Below, piece by piece: positions 35,237 to 45,786 of a stretch of 64,000 bases of DNA (within the stretch, counting starts at the first letter, position 1; each line of letters opens with the position of its first letter). Below the pieces are notes generated by a model. It was not told the origin of the DNA. It was given only the letters and a program-made list of their open reading frames with translations, and made no database searches. The DNA comes from Dehalococcoidia bacterium (GTDB lineage Bacteria > Chloroflexota > Dehalococcoidia > Lucifugimonadales > UBA1123). Location: positions 1,588,631-1,652,630 of the forward strand of contig OY762210.1 of assembly GCA_963665255.1 (NCBI GenBank). Reading direction: 5' to 3'. Both the position numbers and the translations under genes were made by a program.

Positions 35237-37294
35237 TTGTCGCAGTACCATGTAGCTGTCGACATAGGCGGCACGTTTACTGACGTTGTCGTCCAGGACA
35301 CAGATGCCGGCGAGCTCTGGACGGTAAAGACCCCGACGACACCCTCGGATTTCGCCGAAGGCTTTATGACCGGAGTTCGCCTGGGACTTTCTCAGGCGGA
35401 CGCCGCGGCCGGGGAAGTGCTCAGGCTTTTCCATGGAGCGACGATCGCGACAAACGCCGTAATCGAGCGGCGACCCGCAACGGTCGGCCTTCTGACCACC
35501 AAGGGGTTCAAGTACGTCCTCGAAATCGGTCGGCATGACATCCCTCGTGGCAACAACATCTACGCATGGATGAAGCCCGAACGTCCGGTACCGCCGAATC
35601 GCATCTTCGAAGTCTCGGAGAGGCTGGATCGCACTGGCAGCGTACTGACCAGCCTGAGCGAAGAAGACTGTCGTGCAGCCGCAACAGCCCTGCGTGAAAT
35701 GCAGGTCGAGGCGGTCGCTGTCTGCTTCCTCTACTCCTACGCCAATGACGCCCACGAGCGACGAGCCGCTGAAATCCTTCGCGAGGAGTTGGACGGCATT
35801 CCGATCTCACTCTCGAGCGAAGTGCTTCCCCAGTTCCGCGAATTCGAGCGCACAATTGCCACGACGCTAAACGCCTATGTAATGCCGCAGGTGTCACGGT
35901 ATCTGACAGGTCTCGAGTCGGCAGCCAATCGCGAGGGCATGAATGCGCCCCTGTTCATCATGAAGTCCAACGGGGGAGTGACTAGTGCCGACCTTGCCGC
36001 GAGGCAGGCCATCCATACCGTCCTGTCAGGGCCTGTTGCCGGGGTCATGGGGGCGACTCGGGTCTCAGACGACGCGGGCTATCCTGGCTTCATTTCAGTT
36101 GATGTCGGCGGAACTAGCGCTGATATCTGTCTCGTAAGGGACGGTCGTCCGGATGTCACCGTTGAGCGCAGCATCGGCGGCTTGCCCCTCCAACTCCCGA
36201 TGCTGGATATCGCGACAATTGGCGCCGGCGGGGGTAGCATCGCACGCGTCTCGGCAACTGGCGGACTCGCGGTCGGCCCTGAAAGCGCAGGTGCCGATCC
36301 AGGCCCTGCGTGCTATGGGCAGGGCGGTACAGAGCCTACCGTCACCGACGCCCGATTGGTGTTAGGTCACCTGCCACAACATTTGCTGGGCGGAGAGATG
36401 CACATCGACCCGGATCTGGCCCGTGCCGCAATTCTGAGCAGAGTTGCTGAGCCCCTTGGTCTCACAGTCGAAGACGCGGCCGCAGGCATAGTAGAAGTCG
36501 CCGACAACAACATGGCAGGCGCGATGCGTACGGTGTCGGTTGGCAGAGGACTTGACCCTAAGGACTTCGCACTGGTCGCCTTCGGAGGTGCGGGACCGCT
36601 CCATGCCTGTTCCCTGGCGTCGTTGCTGGGGATGAACACGATCGTCGTTCCGCCAACGCCTGGCGTGCTTTCGACCTACGGCCTTCTGTTTACCGACCTT
36701 CGCAATGACTACGTACAGACGTATCTCCAATCGGGAGAGCCGTCCGTTGCGGATGTATCCTCCGCGTACGCTCAGCTTGAAGGACAGGCTGCCGACTGGC
36801 TCGACAGAGAGGGCGTTCCTTCACGGGCACAGCAGATTACCCGATCCGCAGATCTGAGATATCAACATCAGGGATGGGAGATTACTGTCGACGTGCCAGA
36901 CGGGAAAGTCAGCCAGCAGACTCTCGCGGACATGGTGACAAACTTCCACGGGCTTCACGAAAGACTGTACACGTACAATCTCCCTCACCAGACCGTGGAA
37001 CTAGTCAACCTGAGAGTAACAGCGCTCGGCAGTCTGCCAAGACCGACCTCAGAGCCGGTCACCGTGCAGACTGTATCAAGTCCGGCGCCGGCCTCTCTAA
37101 GAGAAGCCAGGCTTTCCCGCCGAGAAGGTTACGTCGATGTCCCAGTCTACGACCGTGACCAGTTGGCCGCAGGTGTTCGGATTGAGGGCCCGGCAATAGT
37201 GGGACAGCGCGATACAACAACCCTGATAGCTGACGGCTACGTCTCGGTAACCGACGGCTATGGCAATCTGATTATTCGCCCTAAGGACAACTGA
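35237..37294 (+). CDS. hyuA: Hydantoinase A / oxoprolinase family, ATP-hydrolysing subunit
   Basis: 685 aa. VAVDIGGTFTD, SNGG and DVGGTSAD motifs. TTG start 1 nt after the NIPSNAP stop codon. Confidence 0.88.
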   Translation: MSQYHVAVDIGGTFTDVVVQDTDAGELWTVKTPTTPSDFAEGFMTGVRLGLSQADAAAGEVLRLFHGATIATNAVIERRPATVGLLTTKGFKYVLEIGRHDIPRGNNIYAWMKPERPVPPNRIFEVSERLDRTGSVLTSLSEEDCRAAATALREMQVEAVAVCFLYSYANDAHERRAAEILREELDGIPISLSSEVLPQFREFERTIATTLNAYVMPQVSRYLTGLESAANREGMNAPLFIMKSNGGVTSADLAARQAIHTVLSGPVAGVMGATRVSDDAGYPGFISVDVGGTSADICLVRDGRPDVTVERSIGGLPLQLPMLDIATIGAGGGSIARVSATGGLAVGPESAGADPGPACYGQGGTEPTVTDARLVLGHLPQHLLGGEMHIDPDLARAAILSRVAEPLGLTVEDAAAGIVEVADNNMAGAMRTVSVGRGLDPKDFALVAFGGAGPLHACSLASLLGMNTIVVPPTPGVLSTYGLLFTDLRNDYVQTYLQSGEPSVADVSSAYAQLEGQAADWLDREGVPSRAQQITRSADLRYQHQGWEITVDVPDGKVSQQTLADMVTNFHGLHERLYTYNLPHQTVELVNLRVTALGSLPRPTSEPVTVQTVSSPAPASLREARLSRREGYVDVPVYDRDQLAAGVRIEGPAIVGQRDTTTLIADGYVSVTDGYGNLIIRPKDN

Positions 37295-37317
37295 AACCCA
37301 CCTGTGAGGACCAGCTA

Positions 37318-39096
37318 ATGTCTGTCGATCCGATCACACTTGAGATAGTGCGCGGTGCCGTCAGTTCCATCATCCGACAGATGGAGGCCCTGATAGAGCG
37401 AACGGCGATGTCTCCCGTCATTAAGGAAAAGATGGACTACTTCGTGGGCGTCTATGACCTTGAAGGCCGCGTCGTCGATGGGTTTCTCTCGACCTCAGGA
37501 CCTCGCATTGTGGACCCCGTACTTGAAGAGTATCCGCTGGAAGACATGCGGCCCGGCGATCTCTACTGGTACAACGATCCGCATAGATCGAAGGGTGCAA
37601 TCCAGCACACGGGCGACATGTGCTTCACATCACCCGTCTTCCATGATGACCGTCCCGTTGGCTTTGCGGTCAGCTACGGTCACTTCTGGGACATCGGTGG
37701 AAGTGTCGCAGGCAGCCTCTCACCTCACGCCTCCGAGATCTTCCACGAGGGGATGCTGGTCCCTCCGATCAGGATAATGCGCAAAGGTGAGATCAACCGA
37801 GAGGCCTACGCGGTCATCCTGAATAACAGCAGGTTCCCAGAGATGCTTGAAGGCGACACCCGCGCGCTAATGGCGGCCTGCCGGCTCGCTGAGGATCGCG
37901 TAGCGGAACTGATGGACCGCTACAACCAGGACGTTATATTGGAGGCGTTCGATGAGATCGTGCAGCGCAGCATCGACGCTTACAGAGACTTCGCCCGCGA
38001 AGTAATTCCTGAGGGAGAGCACCACTTCTTCGATTACGTGGACCGCGATCCGGTGGACGACGATCCGAGGCTTGTCGACGTAAAGCTGCTTAACCAGGAG
38101 GGCCGACTTGTAGCCGACCTGACTGGCAGTGGTCCACAGGCAAGAGGCCCAGTCAACTTCATCACGAGTCCGGGCGCGTTCAACCTCATACTTGCGCGAC
38201 ACCTCAGCTACATGAAGCCGGGCCTTCCACTCAACGAGGGTGCCGTGGCTTTTCTCGACGAGGTGCGAACCAAGCCCGGGACGATTACCTACCCGAGTTT
38301 TCCGGCCCCTGTCGGGCTCAGGAGTCACACGGTCATTCGACTCATGGACATTATGGGTGGCGTACTTGCTCAGGCGAACGAAGGGCAGGGCCCGGCTGCA
38401 TCGCCAATCTACGTCATCTACAACCTCCGCACAGTCAATGACGACGGACAGTATCTCTACTTCAGTGAAGGCATTGGCTCCGGTCAGGGTGCGCGTCCGA
38501 CAGGGGATGGCCTGAACGTCATCTACTTCCGGGACCAACGTAACTACCCGCTGGAGTTTGAAGAAGGCGAGTTCCCTCTCCGCGTCGAGCAGTACGCGAT
38601 CAGGCCAGACTCCGGAGGACCGGGCCTCTATCGCGGCGGATGTGGTGTCATTCGAGACGTCCGCGTACTTGTCGACTGTACTATGAGCACGCGTATGGAC
38701 AACGTGAGGTTCCCCTGCTTTGGGCTCAATGGCGGGCGAGCCGGACAGCCCGGCCGATTCGTCCTGAATCCCGGCACACCTGATGAGCAAGAGGTCTCGC
38801 CTGCAGGTGAGGGAATCCAGGTAAGGGCAGGCGACCTACTGAGGGCTGAGACCGGTGGCGGTGGCGGTTGGGGACACCCCTTCGATCGCGAGCCGCGAGA
38901 TGTTGTGAACGACGTTCTGGGAGGCTTCGTAACGAGAGCCGCCGCCGAATCGAGCTACGGAGTAGTCCTGACAAGCAGCTCGGATCTCGACAGGGAACAG
39001 ACAGAAGCGCTCAGGTCACGGAATCGGCCAGACATTGAGGACGTTGATAGGGGACACCACGCCGCCGAGTGGTTGGCCCGTATGGGAACAGCTTAA
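37318..39096 (+). CDS. hyuB: Hydantoinase B / oxoprolinase family subunit
   Basis: 592 aa. DPITLEIVRGA..SPVIKE..D(F/Y)..G and the C-terminal GGGGWG pattern. Directly follows hyuA. Confidence 0.88.
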   Translation: MSVDPITLEIVRGAVSSIIRQMEALIERTAMSPVIKEKMDYFVGVYDLEGRVVDGFLSTSGPRIVDPVLEEYPLEDMRPGDLYWYNDPHRSKGAIQHTGDMCFTSPVFHDDRPVGFAVSYGHFWDIGGSVAGSLSPHASEIFHEGMLVPPIRIMRKGEINREAYAVILNNSRFPEMLEGDTRALMAACRLAEDRVAELMDRYNQDVILEAFDEIVQRSIDAYRDFAREVIPEGEHHFFDYVDRDPVDDDPRLVDVKLLNQEGRLVADLTGSGPQARGPVNFITSPGAFNLILARHLSYMKPGLPLNEGAVAFLDEVRTKPGTITYPSFPAPVGLRSHTVIRLMDIMGGVLAQANEGQGPAASPIYVIYNLRTVNDDGQYLYFSEGIGSGQGARPTGDGLNVIYFRDQRNYPLEFEEGEFPLRVEQYAIRPDSGGPGLYRGGCGVIRDVRVLVDCTMSTRMDNVRFPCFGLNGGRAGQPGRFVLNPGTPDEQEVSPAGEGIQVRAGDLLRAETGGGGGWGHPFDREPRDVVNDVLGGFVTRAAAESSYGVVLTSSSDLDREQTEALRSRNRPDIEDVDRGHHAAEWLARMGTA

Positions 39097-39253
39097 GGCT
39101 CCATAGTTTGAAGGGACTCCATGGGTGCTCTCCGATCTTTGTCCCTTACAAAAGTGCACCTGAGTTTGACACCAACGTCTTCGATTCTTACCATGGAAAT
39201 GGTGCGACAAGTAGTCGGTTGCCTTATTCAATCACTGGTGGTCAAAGCTGCAG

Positions 39254-40129
39254 ATGCAAGCTCAAACTACCATCCTTCCAGAAACTTCGGCGATCAAGTA
39301 CGAGGTACGCGAGTTCCGTGATGTTTCGTACAGGACCTATCGCGCCGAGTTAAGACTGCTTAGGCTCCAACTTCTCCTACTCCAGGAGTGGGCCGCCGAG
39401 CAGGGCCAACGAATTGCGATTGTTCTTGAGGGTCGTGACGCCGCCGGCAAGGGTTCCACTGCATCGGGAATTACCCACTACCTCAATCCGAAATTCGTCA
39501 ACGTTGTCGAGCAGGGTATACCGAGCGCCAAGCAGATGAGGAATTGGCTAGGGACGCACTACAGGCAGTTGCCATCCCCCGGTCAAATGACAATATTTGA
39601 CAGGTCCTGGTACTCTCGCGCTCTAATTCAGCCAGTCATGGGTTACTGCACTATGAGGCAGTACAACTACTTTATGAATCGTGTAAACGATTGGGAGAGA
39701 GACGTTATCGACGAGGGCATTCATCTGCTTAAGATATATCTCTCTGTCTCCAGGGAAGCCCAGGACATGCGTTTCAGGCTGCGCGAGAACAGCGAACTCC
39801 AGTACTGGAAGTATTCGTCAACCGACCGCATGGCTGCTGAGCGTTGGCACATGATCACTTACTTCAAAGAGCGAATGTTTGCCGTCACATCGACAGACTA
39901 TGCTCCCTGGATAGTCATCGAGTCGGACAACAAACACCAGGCCAGGCTTAACGTCTTTCACTACATACTTAGCCAGTTTGAATATGACGGCAAGAATCTC
40001 AGTCTCGAATCGATTCAACCTCAGGCCAATGGACACTACTTCACCGACATGATCGTGGACGGAGTCCTGTTTAAAGACATGGACCCTGATCAGGTGGAAG
40101 TCCTGGAACGGATACTGATGCATGAGTAA
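39254..40129 (+). CDS. ppk2: Polyphosphate kinase 2 (single-domain PPK2)
   Basis: VLEGRDAAGKGS (Walker A), FDRSWYSR and KIYLSVS..Q..R are PPK2 hallmarks. Confidence 0.88.
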   Translation: MQAQTTILPETSAIKYEVREFRDVSYRTYRAELRLLRLQLLLLQEWAAEQGQRIAIVLEGRDAAGKGSTASGITHYLNPKFVNVVEQGIPSAKQMRNWLGTHYRQLPSPGQMTIFDRSWYSRALIQPVMGYCTMRQYNYFMNRVNDWERDVIDEGIHLLKIYLSVSREAQDMRFRLRENSELQYWKYSSTDRMAAERWHMITYFKERMFAVTSTDYAPWIVIESDNKHQARLNVFHYILSQFEYDGKNLSLESIQPQANGHYFTDMIVDGVLFKDMDPDQVEVLERILMHE

Positions 40130-40604
40130 TGGCGACATCCCGCAGATGGCCGCCGCCGGAGGGCTTGTCCTCTGCGGTGGCCACGCACTATTGATCAGGA
40201 AGCACGGTCTGTGGGACATCCCCAAGGGCAAGGTCAAGAAGGAAGAACCTCACGAGCGCTGCGCGCGCAGGGAGATCTCCGAAGAGACCGGCATCCGTCG
40301 AAAGCGACTTAAGGTCCGGCAGTTCTTCTGTCGGACAAGTTACATCTCCTACTACTCCGGCAAGCCGTTCAATAAGACTGTCACTTGGTTCCTGCTGGAC
40401 TACGACGGAAGCACCGCAGATTCCCTGGAGCCAGACCTTTCCGAAGACATAGACCTATGCGAGTGGATACCCGTCGACGAGCTGGTCGAGAAACTTGACG
40501 CTGGTCGGCCTTACCTTCGGGCGGTCAGGAGGACAGTCGCTGAGTCGCTCCACCTGCTTAAGCAGGCACCAATGGATGAAAGGGTTGGCTTTGCCGCATC
40601 ATGA
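40122..40604 (+). CDS. NUDIX hydrolase
   Basis: Complete Nudix box GKVKKEE-PHERCAR-REISEETGI. The start overlaps the ppk2 stop by 8 nt. Confidence 0.85.
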   Translation: MSNGDIPQMAAAGGLVLCGGHALLIRKHGLWDIPKGKVKKEEPHERCARREISEETGIRRKRLKVRQFFCRTSYISYYSGKPFNKTVTWFLLDYDGSTADSLEPDLSEDIDLCEWIPVDELVEKLDAGRPYLRAVRRTVAESLHLLKQAPMDERVGFAAS

Positions 40605-41767
40605 AGATTACCAGTGTTCGAGCTATCCCCATGTCCGATCCGGTTCCAGAGGAGCGTCAGCATCGGACCGATCTCGGGACTAAGGTCAAGAGCGACGCCG
40701 TACTGATACTAGTTGATACGGACGACGGTCTAACCGGCATGGGCGCTTCTCTGGGAAGCCCTGAAACTGTCTCAGCCATAGTCGAGTACGATCTCACTCC
40801 TGCACTGCTTGGCGAAGACCCGATGTACTCGGAACTACTCTGGGAGAAGATGTACAACGGATCCCGGTGGAAGCCTGCGCTGGAGCGAGGCCACTCTCAG
40901 CCTTCGGAGGCGCGTCGAGGTGTCACCCTGGAAGCCATCGCAGGTGTAGATATCGCGATCTGGGACGTAAAAGCACAGTACCTTGGTGTGCCCGTCTATC
41001 ATGCACTCGGAGCCGTTCGTGACTCCGTCCGCGGCTACGGCTCTGGTGGATGGGCCCCTGGAGATGAGGCCGGGCAGGAGATGGCCGGCTACGCCGCAAA
41101 GGGCTTTACCGCCGTCAAGATGCGCGTCGTTGGACGCGATGGCTTCTCGATTGAAAACACCGTTCGAAGAGTTGCCGCAGCACGCAGGGGCATCGGGAAG
41201 GATGTCGAACTAATGGTGGACGCGCACGGCTCGCTGGACGTATCCACCGCGATCAGGCTTGCCCGGGAGCTTGAACCTTATGACATATCATGGTTCGAGG
41301 AGCCCATTTCACCGGACGACCATCCCGGACTGGCTGAAGTACGCCGTTCGACGGTGATACCGATTGCCACGGGGGAGCGCGAATTCACGAGGTTTGATTT
41401 CGAGGACCTCTTCAATCATCGCGCACTGGACATCGTCCAACCGGACGTGGCGAGAGCAGGTGGTTTGACCGAGATTAGACGCATCGGAGCAATGGCGTCC
41501 GCCAAGGGAATCAGGCTGGCCCCACATGCCTGGGGCTCCGGCGTGCTGTTCGCGGCCAGTATGCACGTGGCGATGTCGGCGCCGAACTGCCACATCCTCG
41601 AGGTCAGCCAGGGCTACATGCCTATGATGAACGATCTCTTCAATGAGCCTTACGACATCAGGGATGGCACTGTACACGCCCCGCAAGCGCCCGGTCTTGG
41701 ATTCACGCTCAGGGACGATGCATTCGAACGCTTTGAGTACGTCCCAGGTCCCGAGTTCGTCTTCTAG
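40601..41767 (+). CDS. Enolase-superfamily enzyme (mandelate racemase/acid-sugar dehydratase subgroup)
   Basis: Metal ligands in VDAHGS / FEEP / ATGER, DIVQPD and PHAWGS (Asp-His dyad). ATGA overlap with the Nudix stop. Confidence 0.88.
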   Translation: MKITSVRAIPMSDPVPEERQHRTDLGTKVKSDAVLILVDTDDGLTGMGASLGSPETVSAIVEYDLTPALLGEDPMYSELLWEKMYNGSRWKPALERGHSQPSEARRGVTLEAIAGVDIAIWDVKAQYLGVPVYHALGAVRDSVRGYGSGGWAPGDEAGQEMAGYAAKGFTAVKMRVVGRDGFSIENTVRRVAAARRGIGKDVELMVDAHGSLDVSTAIRLARELEPYDISWFEEPISPDDHPGLAEVRRSTVIPIATGEREFTRFDFEDLFNHRALDIVQPDVARAGGLTEIRRIGAMASAKGIRLAPHAWGSGVLFAASMHVAMSAPNCHILEVSQGYMPMMNDLFNEPYDIRDGTVHAPQAPGLGFTLRDDAFERFEYVPGPEFVF

Positions 41768-41818
41768 GCGTATTCTGAGTCACCTCGCGCAACTGCGCTT
41801 GAACACCTGGCTTTCATC

Positions 41819-43081
41819 ATGCGCAATTGCGCGCGTGAGACATCCAGATTGAGGCGATTCCAACTCCCACCTGTTCACGTATTTCTCATCATGGCTATCA
41901 TCGCCGAGATGGCGACCATGACATTCTCCACGATGTCGGCCGTGTACCGGATCACCGAGGCAGGACTTAACCCACTTCAGCTCATCCTGGTAGGCACAGT
42001 GCTGGAATTGACCGTCCTTCTTGCTGATGTCCCTACAGGAGTTCTAGCGGACGTCTATAGCCGGCGTCTGTCGATGATCGTTGGGTATGTCCTGATCGGC
42101 GTCGGGTACATCCTGGAAGGATCGCTACCGATCTTCGCGTCAATCCTTGTGGCACAGGTCGTGTGGGGATTTGGATATACCTTCATCAGCGGCGCGTTCC
42201 AGGCTTGGCTGTCTGACGAACTTAAGGACGACTCGAAGACCGCTGCCGTTTTCGTCAAGGCTACCAAGTACGAGTCCTTTGGTGCCCTGGCCGGCATCTT
42301 TCTGAGCGCTGCTCTGGCGACCGTCTACGTGGGGTTTTCACTCGTAGCCGGAGGCGTAATCTTCATCGGACTGGGGTTGTTCGTCGCAGCTTCTATGACC
42401 GAGACTGGATTCACTCCCAGGTCGAACAGGGAACGAAGTACCTGGGATTCGATGACGAATGTACTGAAGACCGGACTCCGTGCCGTATCCATGAGCCGTG
42501 TGCTGATGGCACTGGTTGCTATTGAGATCTTCTTTGGAATGTCCAGCGAACCGTTCGACCGGCTGTGGGCAAAGCACACCCTGGAAGTGTTCGAGTTCCC
42601 AGCTATATTTGGCCTCGATCCGATAGTATGGTTTGGAGTAATTCAGGCCGTCGCCGCGATCGCCACGATCGTAGGTATTTCTGTCATGGAACGCCTCGTC
42701 CCGGTCGATCGTCCATTGGCTCCCCGTCTGGCCCTGTCTCTATTCAATGTGACCATGATTGGCGCCACGCTCACTTTCGCCCTTACCGGCACATTCGGCA
42801 TAGCTATCACCATGGTGGTGGTGGTCTACGTCCTGCACCGCGTAACCTGGCCCTTCGCAGCCGCATGGATCAACAGGAACTGTGAGTCGGAGTATCGAGC
42901 AACAGTGTTCTCGCTGCACGAACAGGCCAACTCTTTTGGGCAGGTATTTTTTGGCCCCGGCATGGGACTGCTCGCCACTCTACGTGGACTGCGAGCAGCG
43001 TTGGTTGGTGTGTCCATTCTGCTGATTCCCCCCCAGCTGCTCTACCTTGTTAGAGAGCCTTCGGCAGGTGGCGAGCAGTAG
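41819..43081 (+). CDS. MFS transporter
   Basis: 420 aa with about 12 hydrophobic helices. GVLADVYSRR is an MFS loop-2/3-like motif. Start uncertain. Confidence 0.8.
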   Translation: MRNCARETSRLRRFQLPPVHVFLIMAIIAEMATMTFSTMSAVYRITEAGLNPLQLILVGTVLELTVLLADVPTGVLADVYSRRLSMIVGYVLIGVGYILEGSLPIFASILVAQVVWGFGYTFISGAFQAWLSDELKDDSKTAAVFVKATKYESFGALAGIFLSAALATVYVGFSLVAGGVIFIGLGLFVAASMTETGFTPRSNRERSTWDSMTNVLKTGLRAVSMSRVLMALVAIEIFFGMSSEPFDRLWAKHTLEVFEFPAIFGLDPIVWFGVIQAVAAIATIVGISVMERLVPVDRPLAPRLALSLFNVTMIGATLTFALTGTFGIAITMVVVVYVLHRVTWPFAAAWINRNCESEYRATVFSLHEQANSFGQVFFGPGMGLLATLRGLRAALVGVSILLIPPQLLYLVREPSAGGEQ

Positions 43082-43332
43082 CTCAAGAATTGACCGTTGA
43101 CTAGGACTTTTTTGAGAACTGCAACAAGCCTTTTGAGGCTGCATTCACTCCGTCCTACCGGATCAGGTCACACTTGCCTATCACCCTTATCTGAGGTAGA
43201 GTAACCCTTGAATTGAGGCGTCGTTTCAATGCGGATTCCTACTAGAGAACCGTCGCGCAGAACACTGTGACGCCCCTTGCCCACATTTAGGCTGTATCGC
43301 GGCCCAAGCACTCGACACACAGGAGGCCAGAC

Positions 43333-45669
43333 GTGACCACACAGGCAGTGCTCGGCGAAAGCATCAAGCGTCGCGAAGACCCAAGACTGATCACTGGAAG
43401 AGGAACGTATGTTGACGATGTCCGTCTTGTCGGCATGACCAACATGGTCCTTGTTCGCAGCCCACATGCCCATGCCAACATCAGGAGTGTCGACACTTCG
43501 GCGGCCGAGTCGGCGGATGGCGTTGTTGCCGTATTCACAGGAGCCCAGCTTCAAGAGGAGCTCGGTTCCCTGATTTGCGGCTGGGTAGTTCCGGACACAA
43601 ACGAGACTCCCCATCCACCACTTGCGTTCGAAAAGGTACGCTGTGTAGGCGACGCCGTAGCAGCCGTTGCGGCCATCAGCCCACAGGCAGCAGCAGACGC
43701 CGCCGCGCTTGTACAGGTCGACTATGAAGTTCTGGACGCCGTAGTAGACATGGAAGCCGCGGTACAGGACGGCGCTGCACAGGTGCACGAAGATGCTGCA
43801 AACAACATCGCCTTCGAGTGGGAAATTGGCGGCGGTGATTTCGATGCAGCGGCGTCTTCAGCCGGAGTTCGTGTTACAGAGCGCATAATCAACCAGAGGC
43901 TTATACCGAACCCGATGGAGCCGCGGGGTGTCGTTGCCGACTACAACCCCGGCACTAACCAACTCACGGTGTGGACATCGACACAGATCCCACACCTCGT
44001 GCGGCTGTTACTTGCGCTGGTCACAGGTCACCCCGAACACCAGATTCGGGTGATCGCCCCTGACGTGGGTGGTGGTTTTGGCTGCAAACTGTACCTGTAT
44101 GCCGAAGAGGTAATCGCTGCCATACTGGCCAGGAGGCTGGGACGTCCAGTCAAGTGGATCGAGGGCAGGCAAGAGAACTACCTGGCTACGACCCACGGGC
44201 GGGACCACGTTGGTGAGGTCGAGATCACAGGCGACTCTGATGGCAACATCACAGGCCTTCGTACCGAGCTTTACGCCAACATGGGCGCTTATCTCTCGAC
44301 ATTCGCCCCGGCGATTCCCACATACCTGTTCGGACTGATGCTCGTCGGGCCCTACAGCATCGATAACATCCAGTGCAAAGTGACAGGTGTGTATACGACC
44401 ACTACGCCCGTTGACGCCTACCGAGGCGCCGGACGCCCGGAGGCAACTTACCTGGTCGAGCGCATGGTCGACCGCTATGCGGCGGAAATTGGCATGGATC
44501 CGGTAGAAGTCAGGCGCAAGAACCTGATTCCTCCGTTCGAAGATGGGCACGAGGTCGCCACGACCGTCGTCTACGATAGCGGAAACTACGAGGCTGGTCT
44601 TGACCGCGCGCTGGAACTGGTCGGATATGACGACTTCCGTGCAGAGCAGGCAGCAGCCAGAGACGCAGGCCGTTATCTCGGAATTGGCCTGTCCACCTAT
44701 GTGGAGATATGTGGCATGGCCCCGTCCGCGGTGGCCTACACGCTCGGCGCCCGCGCTGGCGTGTGGGAGAGCGCACTGGTTCGTGTCCATCCCACCGGCA
44801 AGGTCACGGTGTTCACCGGTTCGTCAGGGCACGGCCAGGGCCACGACACCACCTTCGCACAGCTTGCTGCGGCAGAATTGGGCGTCGAAGTGGAGGACGT
44901 GGAGGTCATCCACGGCGACACCGACAAGGTACAGATGGGAACCGGCACGTTCGGCTCCCGCAGTGCGGTCTGTGGTGGCAACGCCATCCACATGAGCATT
45001 GAGAAGATCCAGGACAAGGCCAAGCGTATAGCTGCCAACCTGCTCGAGGCTTCCCCGGAGGACATCGTCGCCGAGAACGGCCAGTACTTCGTACAGGGTG
45101 CTCCCGCAGAAGCAAAGACCTTCCAGGAAGTCGCGCTCGCAGCTTACTGGTATGAGAGCCTGCCCGAAGGGACCGAGCCAGGACTCGAGGCAGTCAGCAT
45201 CTTCGACCCGCAGAACTTCACCTGGCCCTTCGGCACGCACATCGCGGTTGTCGAGGTTGATGGCGACACCGGCGAGGTCGAGCTCCAGAAGTACGTTGCC
45301 CTCGACGACGTCGGCAACGTCATCAACCCCATGATTGTAGAGGGCATGGTGCACGGCGGAGTGGTGCAGGGCGTAGGTCAGGCGCTGACCGAAGAGGCGG
45401 TGTATGACGAGTCCGGCCAGCTCATTACGGGCAGCATGATGGACTACGCTATCCCGACTGCCAATTCTGTTCCATCCATCATCACGGATCGCACGACGAC
45501 CCCGTCGCCGACGAACCCGCTCGGCGTGAAGGGTGCGGGCGAGACCGGCACCATCGCCGCGTCACCTGCAGTGATGAACGCCGTGATCGACGCGCTGTCG
45601 CCATTCGGAGTAACCCACATGAACATGCCCGCCAAGCCGGAGAAGGTCTGGCGAGCCATGCAGGGATAG
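43333..45669 (+). CDS. Molybdopterin-binding large subunit of the xanthine dehydrogenase/CO dehydrogenase family (form-II CoxL-like)
   Basis: 778 aa. KRREDPRLITGRGTYVDD N-terminus, GGGFG, and active-site loop AYRGAGR (nt 44416..44436), which is the form-II signature rather than the form-I AYxCSFR. GTG start 6 nt after AGGAGG. Confidence 0.88.
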   Translation: MTTQAVLGESIKRREDPRLITGRGTYVDDVRLVGMTNMVLVRSPHAHANIRSVDTSAAESADGVVAVFTGAQLQEELGSLICGWVVPDTNETPHPPLAFEKVRCVGDAVAAVAAISPQAAADAAALVQVDYEVLDAVVDMEAAVQDGAAQVHEDAANNIAFEWEIGGGDFDAAASSAGVRVTERIINQRLIPNPMEPRGVVADYNPGTNQLTVWTSTQIPHLVRLLLALVTGHPEHQIRVIAPDVGGGFGCKLYLYAEEVIAAILARRLGRPVKWIEGRQENYLATTHGRDHVGEVEITGDSDGNITGLRTELYANMGAYLSTFAPAIPTYLFGLMLVGPYSIDNIQCKVTGVYTTTTPVDAYRGAGRPEATYLVERMVDRYAAEIGMDPVEVRRKNLIPPFEDGHEVATTVVYDSGNYEAGLDRALELVGYDDFRAEQAAARDAGRYLGIGLSTYVEICGMAPSAVAYTLGARAGVWESALVRVHPTGKVTVFTGSSGHGQGHDTTFAQLAAAELGVEVEDVEVIHGDTDKVQMGTGTFGSRSAVCGGNAIHMSIEKIQDKAKRIAANLLEASPEDIVAENGQYFVQGAPAEAKTFQEVALAAYWYESLPEGTEPGLEAVSIFDPQNFTWPFGTHIAVVEVDGDTGEVELQKYVALDDVGNVINPMIVEGMVHGGVVQGVGQALTEEAVYDESGQLITGSMMDYAIPTANSVPSIITDRTTTPSPTNPLGVKGAGETGTIAASPAVMNAVIDALSPFGVTHMNMPAKPEKVWRAMQG

Positions 45670-45701
45670 ACCAGATTTAGACAGGCATATAGAGTTCTGA
45701 G

Positions 45702-45736
45702 ACCGCCCCGACCTTAGTGTCGGGGCGGTGTTCTTG
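45702..45736 (+). terminator. Stem-loop after the coxL-like gene
   Basis: ACCGCCCCGAC-cttagt-GTCGGGGCGGT (11-bp stem) followed by the weak T-tract GTTCTTG. Confidence 0.5.
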
Positions 45737-45786
45737 AGAGGCCCAAACTGAACGAGCCAGACCCAATCAGAGACATCGTCCGTGAG

